Shown here: positions 26,795 to 42,010 of the stretch, piece by piece
Layout of the letters: each line of letters begins with the position of its first letter
Numbering within the stretch: position 1 is the stretch's first letter
From: Eledone cirrhosa
Lineage: Eukaryota
Assembly (NCBI GenBank): GCA_964016885.1
Contig: OZ024763.1
Span: 24,738,001-24,802,000 of the forward strand
DNA length: 64,000 nt
Reading direction: 5' to 3'
Notes under the pieces: model-generated
Database searches by the model: none
The model's input: only the letters and a program-made list of their open reading frames with translations
What the model was told of the DNA's origin: nothing
Position numbers and translations under genes: made by a program

Positions 26795-26830
<36 letters not shown>
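26195..26830 (+). mobile_element. Cluster of 3 SINE family A copies plus a tail fragment
   Basis: Heads TGGCAGTA(A)TCGGT at about 26266, 26457 and 26617, with a terminal (ATT)n. Confidence 0.85.
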
Positions 26831-26962
26831 GTTATTATTATTTTTATTTGATACATAATTGAAAATTTCCTTCTGTGCGGGCGATAAATTGGAAAATCTA
26901 TCAGATGTATGAGATATGAGTGTAGATATTAAAATGGGGAGGGACAGCGGCGAAAGGGCGAG

Positions 26963-27108
<146 letters not shown>

Positions 27109-27813
27109 ATGTTTATATGTATATATATATAGGTATGTATACAAACAAACATACATACATACATATATATATATATGAAGAGAGGGAAATAATGAGGGCG
27201 AATAAGGGAAGTAAAGGTGGTGCGGCGGAGGTGAAATGCGTGTCAATATTTGCTCCAATCAAAAAACTGCTTACATAGATTGATTGAAGTAAGATGGCGG
27301 CGATAGTTGTAAACAATGGATGCTGTTTACTCTCAGGTCACACACATTTAATAGTAATTGTCTCTCGGTCAATATTGTTATTTCGTTTTCAGCTTCCTTC
27401 TGGTCTTACTCTTTCCTCCTTTCCTTTATATATATTTATCTCCCTCCCTCTCTCTCTTTCTCTCCATCTCTCTCTCTTTCTTTCGACCTTTCTTTCACTA
27501 TCTCTCTTACTCTTTCCTCCTTCAATTATATAAATATATCTCGCCCTCTCTTTATCTCTCACACTCTCTCTTTCCCTCACTCTCTCTGCCTGTCTCTCTC
27601 TCTCTCTCTTTCTAGCTTTTTTGCAGTATCTCTCTCGCTCTTTCTCTCTCTCGCTCTCTCTCGCTCTCTCTCTCTCTCTTTCTCCCCCTCCCCTCTCTCT
27701 CTGTCTCTTAGACAATCTCTCTCTTTATCCTCTATATATCTGTTGCTATTCTATTGCCTCTCTATATCTATCTGGTCTATTTATCTCGCCGCTTCATCTC
27801 TCTCTTTCCCTTT

Positions 27814-27868
<55 letters not shown>

Positions 27869-28333
27869 TCTCCTCTCTCACTCTCTCTCCCTATCGATCT
27901 ATGTATCTACATGTCTATCTCTATATACCCGCCTCTTCCATTTCTCTCTCTATATATATTTATATATATATATATGTGTGTATGTGTATGTACATGTGCA
28001 TATGTATTATATATATATATATATGTGTGTGTATATATATATATATATACATAAATATATGTATATGTGTGTGTGAGTGTGTATGCGTATTTATGCATAA
28101 ACACGGATTACGACCCATACACACATACACATCGGAAATTAACGCCAAAGCAAATAGTGCAATGTGTAATATGTAATTGCTTTACAGAGGGATAAAGTTA
28201 GTAGGATGAGTTGGGTTGGGCATGGATGGAAAGATCTTCCAGAAAGATAAAGAGAAAGACGGCTGGTAAGAAGAGAGAGGTAGATGAAAATGCAATATGG
28301 GATAGACAGGCATATAGAGGGACAAACAGACAG

Positions 28334-28431
<98 letters not shown>

Positions 28432-28541
28432 CTCTCCAAGATGGCCGACTCAATATGCACATGTTTTTTAAACCACCATTCTTTTCACATTTTCCCTGTG
28501 CCCTCATGTCACCACTCTATTTGTCTTCTATTTCTAACTCT

Positions 28542-28579
28542 ATTTTCTGATGAAGGACTAGAGTCCGAAACGTTAAGAC
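28542..28579 (+). ncRNA. Family H2 hammerhead with intact core
   Basis: TTTT-CTGATGA-A-GGAC(TAGA)GTCC-GAA-ACGT-T^AAGA. The loopless palindromic stem III implies a dimeric fold. Confidence 0.75.
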
Positions 28580-28691
28580 TCTCTTCCTGCTATTAAGCGT
28601 TAAACTAATACATTTCTTTGTTGTACTCTGCCGTTTGTTTCGTTATTTCTGTTTACCATTTCACTGACACACATATATATACCCACATATT

Positions 28692-28862
28692 CTAGGCGGG
28701 TAAAATTCCCGAAATCCATGGACGCGTTCTCTCCAGCGGTCTCTGTCCCTCATTATCGCTGCCATGTCCTGCGACTCCAACAGACCAGTGTCTGCCCTTA
28801 GGGTATCAACATACGTTAACCTTGGTATTCCTCTTCCAGTGTGTCCATGCAGGGGCTCCCAC
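28692..28862 (-). pseudogene. Second, shorter 3' copy of the RTE family seen at 10104-10526
   Basis: WEPLHGHTGRGIPRLTYVDTLRADTGLLESQDMAAIMRDRDRWRE is near-identical to the 10360-10526 translation. Confidence 0.8.
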
Positions 28863-28899
28863 ATATATATATACACACACACTCCCAAACACACATACA

Positions 28900-28997
<98 letters not shown>

Positions 28998-29602
28998 CAA
29001 TAAAGTGAGACGACCACGGATATATAAGTATATGCGTTCAAATGACAAGGAGACAGAGACCGCCAGGGTGAAGTAAATACTGACTAGAATAGTATGGTTC
29101 ACAGAACTCAAATCAAATGGATAAATTGAGATATACAAACTTACCATGACAACTACCATGTATCCAGACACCTTACTTGTAGAACTGTTTCGCAAAATTC
29201 AGTAAAGAGAATTACGGGAGCGATGTCTTTCAACGGATACTCAGTAATCTCCTCTAGTAAGATACTAGTAAACTCCTCACTACTAAGTTTCTTAGAAGAC
29301 TAAATAATACGTACGTTAAGAGATAAAGCACATGGTTATCGCGTTCTGTATTATAAGGCTTTTTTTTCCTTGAGCTATTTTCATTATAGTGGACTATTGT
29401 GAGTATTTTTAACTCAATGTATACTTTTGATATATACTCATGGTTTCTCCCGAATGAAACAGTTCTAGTCCTGTAGAAGCCTGCTATATTAAATATCTAT
29501 ACTCTGCTATGTATTGAGTACCTTACTTACTGTCGCTACCCCCGACTGAACCTGGGATAACATGTTTATACATATATATATGTATATATATATATATGTA
29601 TG

Positions 29603-29635
<33 letters not shown>

Positions 29636-29846
29636 GTATGTATATATATTAATAAAAGGAATTCCAACTTTGCCTGATTTACTCGTTTTATTTACAATCC
29701 TTTAACATTTATAATGGTATTAGAATGAAATAGTATGGTAGAATATTAAATGTTAAGTGTTAATTGAACAAGTACTTTCATGCTTTCGTAATCTTCAGGT
29801 TCATATTGTGTGGTGACAGTCAAGTTATATGTATATATATATATAC

Positions 29847-29916
<70 letters not shown>

Positions 29917-30243
29917 GTAATAATAATAAAATTGAAGACTAAAATCCAGAGAGGGCTCGATAAGGAAAATATATATCATATATTTAAGAACCGAAGAGCA
30001 AATATTTATTAAAATAACAGATTAAAGTTTAAGCAAAGAATCGCTGCTTTCACCCTTAACGGGATCTTCTGAAACTAACAAAGTCAATCTGTAAACGCAG
30101 AACTGGATATTTCAAAAAACGTTGCAACCGGAGGAAGACAGGAAGACGATACTTTGGTTCGTGGTGACGTTCGCTGGCAAAGAACGGGAAAAAACGAATA
30201 ATACGTCATTAATAGGAGCGGTGAAAAACAATTACGCTCACAG

Positions 30244-30343
<100 letters not shown>

Positions 30344-30376
30344 CTGTGAGCGTACTGTATGTAAATGAAGGTATAC

Positions 30377-30465
<89 letters not shown>

Positions 30466-30491
30466 ATGTATATATATATATATGTATATAC

Positions 30492-30526
<35 letters not shown>

Positions 30527-30527
30527 C

Positions 30528-30558
<31 letters not shown>

Positions 30559-31087
30559 TATAAATATAAATATATATATATAAATATATTTATGTATATA
30601 TATATGTATATAGATATATATGTGCGTGTGTGTGTGTGTGTGTGTCTAAAGAAAGAGAGAGAGAGGCGAAAGAGAGAGATACATATATATAGACATATAA
30701 CCATATATATATATATATATCGATTGGTGGACATCTTGTTGGGTGCAACTATCAACCAATTCACCATAACGGTGGTGTCGACGTTAGCAATGGCGGAGCA
30801 GTCATTATTGTTGTCGTTGTCGAAAAATGGAAATGAAAGCAAATCTTGTGAGTACGAGGAGCGAAGCTGGAAAGAGAGAACAAGAAAAAAAAATGAAGTT
30901 ATTTACAAACGGTACATTTTAATTATCTTCTTGTCAATAGATAGAATCAGTTTTAATCTGCTATATACACTCACTACATACTATAAACATGTATATAACT
31001 TAGTTGTTGACTCCTATTTGAATGCCCATCCCCCCCCCCCCCGAATACGTTACGGTGTCATTCCGACATGTTTCGTCTTAGCTCTCT

Positions 31088-31400
31088 CCGCCATTGCTAC
31101 CAACGCCGCCATTGCTCTCAACGCCGCCATTGCTACCATCGCCGCCATTGCTACCAACGCCGCCATTGCTACCATCGCCGCCATTGCTACCAACGCCGCC
31201 ATTGCTACCAACGCCGCCATTGCTACCATCGTCGCCATTGCTACCAACGCTACCATTGCTACCATCGCCATCATTGCTACCAACGCCGCCATTGCTACCA
31301 TTGGCACCATTGCTAACAGCGCCGCCATTGCTACCATTACCGCTAGTCCTACCATTACCGCCATTCCTATCATCGCCGCCATTGCTACCAACGCTGCTAT
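31088..31400. repeat. 18-bp minisatellite
   Basis: GCCGCCATTGCTACCA(A/T)C repeated about 16 times. Confidence 0.9.
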
Positions 31401-31844
31401 CATCGTCTTCGTTACTTGTCCGTTGATTGGATGGCCCATATCTTTTGTTTGGTTGTGTTTTTTTCAAGTGTTTTAAAAGTGTTGTATTTTGTATATTTCT
31501 GTGTGTATTCTGATGTTTGTATATGTTTGTATATCTTGCTTAATGCGTTACATTTGCTATGTATCCTATTAACTCAGTCTCTGTTTTTATATATATGTTG
31601 GTCTGTCTATCTATCTACCTATCTATCTATCTATCTATCTATCTATCTGTCTGTCTGTCTGTCTGTCTATTTATCTATCTGCCTATCTATCTACATATCT
31701 GTTCTGTCTGTATATCTCTCCATTTTCTATATATCTTTCTATATGCCTGTCTGTCTGTATGCATGTATGTATCTTTGTCTATCTCACTGTCTATCTATCT
31801 ATCTATCTATCTATATATCTATCTATCTATTTATCTCACTCTCT

Positions 31845-31990
<146 letters not shown>

Positions 31991-32231
31991 CTTTATCTGT
32001 TCGTTTCTTTGTACATCTACCGATCGATAGCTCTCGCCTCGTGTAGATATATATAGGTGTGTGTGTGTGTGTGACACACTATATGAACTATGAATCTATA
32101 TACCTATATATGTGAATATATATATATATATATATATATTATGTATATATATATAGAGATAGGGAGAGATAGATATCGATATATATATATATATATATAA
32201 GCGTGCGTGTGAATATACGTATATACCTATA

Positions 32232-32280
<49 letters not shown>

Positions 32281-32454
32281 GTATATATATATATATGTAT
32301 ATTTATATTTATGTATATATATATATCCAATTTATTTATCAATCTATCTAATCTATCGATCTAGTTCCTAATCATGTTTAAGTTTAACATTACATCCTAT
32401 AGAATATTCGTATAATCTACCCTCAAGCGAGTTGTGTGTGAACTGGTGTGTACA

Positions 32455-32513
<59 letters not shown>

Positions 32514-32528
32514 ATTCATGTATATATA

Positions 32529-32572
<44 letters not shown>

Positions 32573-32611
32573 CATACTAACATATATATATATATATATA
32601 TATACATACAA

Positions 32612-32654
<43 letters not shown>

Positions 32655-32805
32655 TATACATGTATAATATGCACGTGTATACTTACATTTATGCAGGCGC
32701 AAATGTATCGATGCATGCATACATGTGCACATGTGTCTGCATATACATTTATGTGAGTGTATGTAAGTATGTGTGTGTGTGTATATATATATATATACAA
32801 ATATA

Positions 32806-32836
<31 letters not shown>

Positions 32837-32863
32837 TTTTATAAATATATATATATATATTTA

Positions 32864-32941
<78 letters not shown>

Positions 32942-32954
32942 TTATAAATATATA

Positions 32955-32999
<45 letters not shown>

Positions 33000-33144
33000 A
33001 TATAGGTGTATATATAAAATGAGCGGTGATGTATCATACCGTACGACCCTCACCTGTTAATTAATCCTACATTGAACAAACATGTAACATGTAGCCACAG
33101 TATATTTGATGTGACGACATTGGATATATCTTATCACATACGTG

Positions 33145-33203
<59 letters not shown>

Positions 33204-33419
33204 TATATATAAGAGTGAGAGAGAGAGCAAGAGAGAAAGAGATAGATATGTACGTATATTGTATGTATATATACGTATATCTATCTATCATATATATATA
33301 TATATATATAAGTCATATATATATTATATATATATATATATATAAGCGCGCGTGTGAATATACGTATATACCTATAGACACACACACACAAACACACACA
33401 CACACACACATATATATAC

Positions 33420-33457
<38 letters not shown>

Positions 33458-33576
33458 ATGTATGTATTTAGCGATCTATCTGCCTACCTATCTATCAATC
33501 TATTTCTATAAGTCTACATACATATCTACCTATCGTCTGTATCTATTTGCCTTATCTACCTATCTACTTATCTATA

Positions 33577-33631
<55 letters not shown>

Positions 33632-33718
33632 ATATCTATCTATCTATATATCTATCTATCTATCTATCTAATAATATATCAAAGTAACTCTCTTTCTCGC
33701 TCACTCACACAAATATAC

Positions 33719-33800
<82 letters not shown>

Positions 33801-33949
33801 TTATATATATATATATGTATATATATACATACATACGTACGTGCATATATATCTGCGGACATACCTACATTCATATATATACGTATATATCTGTATATAT
33901 ATATATATATCCATCCATCCATCCATCTATCCAGACATACATTTATGCC

Positions 33950-34017
<68 letters not shown>

Positions 34018-34889
34018 AGTACATATATACATACATATATACAGATAAACATACATATATACATGCATACATACATACATCCATATAAACATATATACAG
34101 ATAAACAGATAAACATGCCTTCATACATATATATCTGCATATATCGATCCATACATACATGTATGGCAATATACATACATACATACATACATATATATAT
34201 ACATATATATATACAGATAAACAAACAGACCCATACATACGTACATACATTGATACATATGTACATACATATATACACACATACTTACACATATACATAC
34301 ATATATACACACATACCTACACATACATGCATACCTACCTACATACATACATACATACGTACACATATACATACATATACATACATACATATATTCCGAC
34401 AGGCAGTCAGACTGACAAACCCATACATACATAGTAACTGACAGACGGACAAACAGACAGAAAGACAGACAGACAGACAGACAGACCCATACATAGTTGT
34501 CCTTTTGATTAGGTTTCAATTATCTTATTTGGCCTCTTGTCTGTTTATTTGAACTGTTTCTTTGCGCAGAAAAATGGCGTCCCTGAATGGGAAAAAGGAA
34601 ACATTTAATTACTGTATTGTTGTGTTTGCTCTCTAATTTATATTTTACTCACTCTAACGACAGCTTATTACACTGTGAAAGTCTTTTATACTCCTCTCCC
34701 ACCACTTTTAGTACATATTTGTATTGGTGGTGTCGGTGGCGGTGTTAGGTTCATTTGACATCACTCTCATCGTTTCATGACAAGTGGTGAAGGTGTTGGA
34801 CTCGTGTTTGTAAGGCCATCGGTTCGATTTATGGCTAAAATTGGATGTCTTGCTATAATCTATGTGTTGTTTTTGTCTGTTGTTTACGC

Positions 34890-35450
34890 GTTCCTTCTAC
34901 CAAGAGTTGTGACCGGAGAGATAGTATCAGCCATGGAAAGATCAATAGAGATAATGCTTTTTTGTTCTGTCCTGGTGATCGGCTCCTATCTTCACGCAGG
35001 TTATTTCGATGTATCAACATCAGCATTGGAAAATCCAATGGAAACATAGTTTCCTTGGTCCAGTCTGACGTTCAGCTCCTTTCTTCTGCCAGGAGTTGTG
35101 TCTGACAGATAGCATCAGTAATGGTTAAACCAACGGAAACATTGTTTCCTTGGTCTGATCTGGTGATCAACTCCTTTCTTACGCCAGGTGTTGTGACCAA
35201 CAGATAGTATCAACAATGGAAAGACCAACGGAAACATTGTTTCCTTGGTCTGATCTGGTGATCAACTCCTTTCTTACGCCAGGTGTTGTGACCAACACAT
35301 AGTATCAACAATGGAAAGACCAATGGAGACGTTGTTTCCCTAGTCTGATTTGGTGATCTGCTTCTTTCTTCTGCCAGGAGTTGTGACTGACAGATAGTAT
35401 CAGCAATGGAAAGACCAATGGAGGCATTGTTTCCTCGGTCTGATCTGACA
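34890..35450 (+). repeat. Tandem array (about 6 x 95 bp) of the SINE family B tail
   Basis: CCAGG anchors at 35089, 35184, 35279 and 35374. The unit matches 4160-4240. Confidence 0.85.
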
Positions 35451-35494
35451 ACTGGCTTCTTTTCATTTCTGATTATTATTTAGGGCGTGTAATC

Positions 35495-35533
<39 letters not shown>

Positions 35534-36139
35534 TATGCATACTTATATATAAATACACATACGTACATAGTTTATATATATATATATATGCATGTTAGCA
35601 TACACACATACATGCACACACTTACATACGCACGCACATACATACACACACACATATATATATTTATATATTTATATATATATATATACACAAAAAATCA
35701 TACATACATATATATACATATATACACACACACATGCATACCCCCACACTCACACCCTTACATACACACACACATAGATTTTGTGGGATGGTTAGCAATA
35801 CACTTAACTTTTAAAAAATCTACCCAAATTCAATAAAATTTAGATACACTTTTAAAAAAGATTATTTAAAGAAATCAGCAATTTTTTTTCTCCTCATTTA
35901 AACTTAATTTTAACGATTTTTCTGGGATTTTAGTGAAGAAGAAACCGTATATAACTAACATCTTTTTAATTAACAAATAATTAAGACGTTGAAATGTTAA
36001 TTAATTTTAGGAGAGCCTGTCAAATTGGTAATTTCAACTTTCAATAAATAACCGGAATCGCTGCCTCCACCTGCATAATCTGCATCACCTTCCGCTCTCT
36101 ACCATTTCTCAATATTATCATTTACAATGGCTGCTTCTA

Positions 36140-38600
36140 CTACCAACGTTGCTGCCACCACCAACACTACCACTACCAATTCTACCACGGCCAGTACTAC
36201 TACCACCAACACTACCACCACCAGCACTACCTCTACCAATGTTACTACCACCACCAACACTATCACCAACATTACCACCACCAACATTACCACCACCAAC
36301 ACTACCACCACCAACACTATCACCAACATTACCACCACCAACATTACCAACACCAACACTACCACCACCAACACTATCACCACCAACACTATCACCAACC
36401 CTACCACCACCAACATTATCACCACCAACACTATCACCAACCCTACCACCACCAACACTATCACCAACCCTACCACCACCAACATTATCACCACCAACAC
36501 TATCACCAACCCTACCACCACCAACACTATCACCAACCCTACCACCACCAACATTATCACCACCAACACTATCACCAACCCTACCACCACCAACACTATC
36601 ACCAACACTACCACCACCAACATTACCACCACCAACACTACCACCACCAACACTATCACCAACCCTACCACCACCAACACTATCACCAACCCTACCACCA
36701 CCAACACTATCACCAACCCTACCACCACCAACATTATCACCACCAACACTATCACCAACCCTACCACCACCAACACTATCACCAACACTACCACCACCAA
36801 CACTATCACCAACCCTACCACCACCAACACTATCACCAACACTACCACCACCAACACTATCACCAACCCTACCACCACCAACACTATCACCAACACTACC
36901 ACCACCAACACTATCACCAACCCTACCACCACCAACACTATCACCAACACTACCACCACCAACACTATCACCAACCCTACCACCACCAACACTATCACCA
37001 ACATTACCACCACCAACACTATCACCAACCCTACCACCACCAACACTATCACCAACATTACCACCACCAACACTACCACCACCACCAACACTATCACCAA
37101 CACTAGCACCACCAACACTATCACCAACATTACCACCACCAACACTACCACCACCACCAACACTATCACCAACCCTACCACCACCAACACTATCACCAAC
37201 ACTACCACCACCAACACTATCACCAACCCTACCACCACCAACACTATCACCAACACTACCACCACCAACACTATCACCAACCCTACCACCACCAACACTA
37301 TCACCAACACTACCACCACCAACACTATCACCAACCCTACCACCACCAACACTATCACCAACACTACCACCACCAACACTATCACCAACCCTACCACCAC
37401 CAACACTATCACCAACACTACCACCACCAACACTATCACCAACCCTACCACCACCAACACTATCACCAACATTACCACCACCAACACTACCACCACCACC
37501 AACACTATCACCAACACTAGCACCACCAACACTATCACCAACATTACCACCACCAACACTACCACCACCACCAACACTATCACCAACACTACCACCACCA
37601 ACACTATCACCAACATTACCACCACCAACACTACCACCACCACCAACACTATCACCAACACTACCACCACCAACACTATCACCAACATTACCACCACCAA
37701 CACTACCACCACCACCAACACTATCACCAACACTAGCACCACCAACACTATCACCAACATTACCACCACCAACACTACCACCACCACCAACACTATCACC
37801 AACACTAGCACCACCAACACTATCACCAACATTACCACCACTAACACTACCACCACCAACACTATCACCAACACTACCACCACCAACACTATCACCAACA
37901 CTACCACCACCAACACTATCACCAACACTACCACCACCAACACTATCACCAACATTACCACCACCAACACTACCACCACCAACACTATCACCAACACTAT
38001 CACCAACACTACCACCACCAACACTATCACCAACCCTACCACCACCAACACTATCACCAACACTACCACCACCAACACTATCACCAACACTACCACCACC
38101 AACACTATCACCAACACTAGCAGCACCAACACTATCACCAACACTACCAACACCAACACTACCACCACCAACACTATCACCAACATTACCACCACCAACA
38201 CTACCACCACCAACACTATCACCAACACTACCAACACGAACACAACACCCGACACCACTACCACCAAAACCAACACAACACCCAACACCACTACCACCAC
38301 CACTACCACCAACACCAACACAACACCCGACACCACTACCACCACCACTACCACCAACACCAACACAACACCCCTACCACCACCACTATCACCAACACCA
38401 ACACAACACCAACACCACTACCAGCACTACTACCACCAACACCAACACAACACCACTACCACCACCACTACCACCAACACCAACACAACACCACTACCAC
38501 CACCACTACCACCAACACCAACACACCACCCGACACCACTACCACCACCACTACCACCAACACCAACACAACACCCAACACCACTACCACCAACACCAAC
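36140..38600. repeat. ACC/AAC trinucleotide-derived minisatellite (about 27-bp higher-order unit)
   Basis: Recurrent ACCACCACCAACACTATCACCAAC(CCT/ACT/ATT). Confidence 0.95.
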
Positions 38601-38655
38601 GACAATCGCCTCCTACACAATTATGGATGTTTAAGCTAACACATGTTGATGTTTG

Positions 38656-38689
<34 letters not shown>

Positions 38690-38855
38690 TACTACTACTG
38701 CTACTGCTGCTGCTGCTACTACTGCTGCTCCTACTACTACTACTGCTACTACTACTACTACAACTACTAGTACTACTACTACTGCTGCTTCTACTACTGC
38801 TACTACTGCTACTACTACTACTACTACTACTACTACTATTACTATAACAACAACA

Positions 38856-38916
<61 letters not shown>

Positions 38917-39344
38917 TCATTATCACGACGAAGACCACCAACTCAATCAACAACACAACCATATAGAGAGAGATAGATAGATAGATAGATATATTGATAT
39001 ATAACATACATACATGATGATGATGTATCAATATATCCATCTATCTATATATATACATATATATATATATATAAACATATACATATATATATATAAATGT
39101 CTATATATATATATATAAATGAAAATTAGAGTTAAAACTCCAATTGAAACCCTGTAACCATTAAGCTCCAAGTATAAAATACTAAGCCGATTAATAATAT
39201 ATATGCAGTAAGAAACACAGTAAACCGTGTGTCTAATATTACAAGGGTTGAAAAACCACATTTTTTTGAAATATTTAACCAAGAGCAGACAGAATGATAA
39301 AATAAAAATATATTATTATACAAACCGCCTCAATAACCATTTTA

Positions 39345-39425
39345 TCTCTCGGACAGATTATCCCTAATCTGTTTCGCCCTGAGAGTGTTTGTAACAGATA
39401 ATCGTTAGGCATCATCAGCGAGAAA
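39345..39425 (-). ncRNA. Canonical monomeric type I hammerhead ribozyme (GUC site)
   Basis: Minus strand: TTTCTCG-CTGATGA-T-GCCT...GGGC-GAA-ACAGATTA(GGGA)TAATCTGT-C^CGAGAGA, with 7-bp stem I and 8-bp stem III. Confidence 0.85.
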
Positions 39426-39624
39426 ATCAGATTAAATGCAACAAACACTATGTACCAACGTTCACACAGAAAGATGAAATTTATCACCTCGTGCGCCGCT
39501 AGTCAAACGTGGTAAGCGTGTATTGAACAGTCCAACACACACAACTTAATAAGCTCGACTTGTGAAACAAGATGGCGTAGGACAGAACAAAGGAGAGGCA
39601 CAAAAACAAAGAAAAGAATCCCCA

Positions 39625-39667
39625 GTCATTGAAGAGGTCACAGAATGTGTGACGAAAGAACTTTGAC
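39625..39667 (+). ncRNA. Hammerhead motif, family H3 (C3 to U)
   Basis: GTCA-TTGAAGA-G-GTCACA(GAATG)TGTGAC-GAAAGAACTT-TGAC. Stem I is perfect but the core is mutated. Confidence 0.55.
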
Positions 39668-40171
39668 AATATATAAACAACCATCTGGTTGTGGAACGAA
39701 CCAACCAACCGGAAATTTATAAATTCCTAAATTTATACATTTATTATAATAAATTGAAGTGAAAGCAACTGGTGCGTGTGTTTCTTATTGGCAACATGAC
39801 CCTCCCAAAGTATAACAATATCGGTTTCAACACACGTTTTCAGATAAAGAATCTTGCTAAACAAATTCAGAAACGAAATATATATATATATATATATATG
39901 TCTTTTAAGACTATACAGAGCATTTGATGTTATTCCAAATTGAAGGATAAGTGTTTCAAACTTTGTTTTATCATGAGTTAAAGGTCTATAGATTTTTCCA
40001 TGGATTTTACTAAATTCTGTGGATGAATTTGTATCCTGATTCTCTTTTGAGATGAGTTTGAGTTATTTTTCCTAAATCTTTCGTTAACTACTTTTCCCAT
40101 CTTGACGTTATAGTCGCATATATGTTATAGAATGCCGTTAGCTTCTTGCTAAAACAATCTCTATACGTCTC

Positions 40172-40208
<37 letters not shown>

Positions 40209-40271
40209 CATACACATATATATAAATCTATACATATAACCGCAAACACACACACACACACACACACAGAC

Positions 40272-40313
<42 letters not shown>

Positions 40314-40414
40314 CGTGTGTTTCTTATTGGCAACATGACCCTCCCAAAGTATAACAATATCGGTTTCAACACACGTTTTCAGATAAAGAATCTTGCTAAA
40401 CAAATTCAGAAACG

Positions 40415-40459
<45 letters not shown>

Positions 40460-40533
40460 CATACACATATATATAAATCTATACATATAACCGCAAACAC
40501 ACACACACACACACACAGACATATATAATATAT

Positions 40534-40583
<50 letters not shown>

Positions 40584-40936
40584 ACGAAGTAACTAGCAAA
40601 ATAGCAAAGGATGTGTGAGTATCTGAATGTGTGAATGTATGTATGTTAGTCTGTCTGTGTGTGAGTGTGAATTCAAAATGGCGGTCGTTTGATGTATATT
40701 ATCTTTCAGACATGTTTGTATGATATCTCCTGTACACACTAATCGAATTGTGCAACCTTTAAACAAATACTGTGCGAGAAGGTTCGGTGTGGTATAGTGC
40801 TTAGTAGAAAAGAACAAAAATATCGTTCGTGTCTTATATATTAAGATAGCCGCGGAAAATATTATATATATGTATGGATGCCTGTATGTTTAAGTATATG
40901 TATATGTGTATGTGTGTATATATATGTATATGCGTG

Positions 40937-40973
<37 letters not shown>

Positions 40974-41039
40974 ATATATTTATATTTATTATTAATATTA
41001 CTATATATATATATATATATATAGTAATATTAATAATAA

Positions 41040-41074
<35 letters not shown>

Positions 41075-41178
41075 CTCATGTATATGTGTGTGTGTGTGCA
41101 TATATCTCGTATAGTATCCAAATATGCATAAATATATGTGTATATATATGTATATATGTATATGTTTGTGTGTATATA

Positions 41179-41241
<63 letters not shown>

Positions 41242-41256
41242 GTGTGTGTCTGTTTG

Positions 41257-41327
<71 letters not shown>

Positions 41328-41962
41328 GAATACAAAAATAATGAAATATCAGAGAGTGAGACATGAAGAGAAAAAAAACGAGATAATATTCTTTGCTTTA
41401 TTTTTTTATGGATTTTAATTGTTTTTTTCTTTTAATGTGTGGTGGAGGGCATGGCAGGAAAGGGGTTGTTATTGTCGTTTATTCTTTTATATCATTTTGC
41501 TACGTCTTTTATATGTGTTTTTATTGCAAAAATTAAGAAAATTGTCATTAAAAATTCATATCTTCTACCATTCCAACGGATATTTCTATTTAAATATTTT
41601 AGTGTTTTCTGTGAGGTTGCGTCAGGTGGCAGCGGGGTGTCGAAATACACCGTCCTGCTTTTGTTCTCGTCCTCTTCTTCATTGTTGTTGTTGATATCGT
41701 TGTTGTTGTTGTTGTTGTTGTTTTTGTTGGTAGTGGTGGTTTTTTGTTGGTAGTGGTGGGTTTTTATTGATATCATTGTTTTTGTTGGTTGATTGTTGAT
41801 ATCGTTGTTGTTAGTTGGTTGGTTGTTGTTGTTGTTGTCCTTGTTGTTGTGGTTGGCTGGTTGTTTGGTTGGCGTTGGTATCGTTGTTCTTGTTAGTTGA
41901 TTGTTGTTGGCTGTTGTTGTTGTTGTTGTTGTTGTTGGCTGTTGTTTTTGTTGGTTGGCTGT

Positions 41963-42010
<48 letters not shown>

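Noticed and set aside
30790-30853. Possible first coding exon (gcaATGGCG...TCTT|GTGAGT)
   Set aside because: Only 19 codons, with no recognisable peptide and no supportable downstream exon.
31050-31476. Antifreeze-like (AAIATN)n ORF
   Set aside because: An 18-bp minisatellite open in multiple frames, whose ORF starts in a (TA)n tract.
36127-38770. 835-aa Thr/Asn mucin-like ORF and overlapping 873-aa and 755-aa ORFs
   Set aside because: The region is open in several frames on both strands because the ACC/AAC repeat lacks stops. There is no signal peptide or convincing splice context. A mucin exon is not strictly excluded without RNA data.
39900-40170. Possible degenerate Penelope RT-endonuclease linker on the minus strand
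   Set aside because: Multiple stops and only vague motif resemblance. It needs a blastx hit to be supported.
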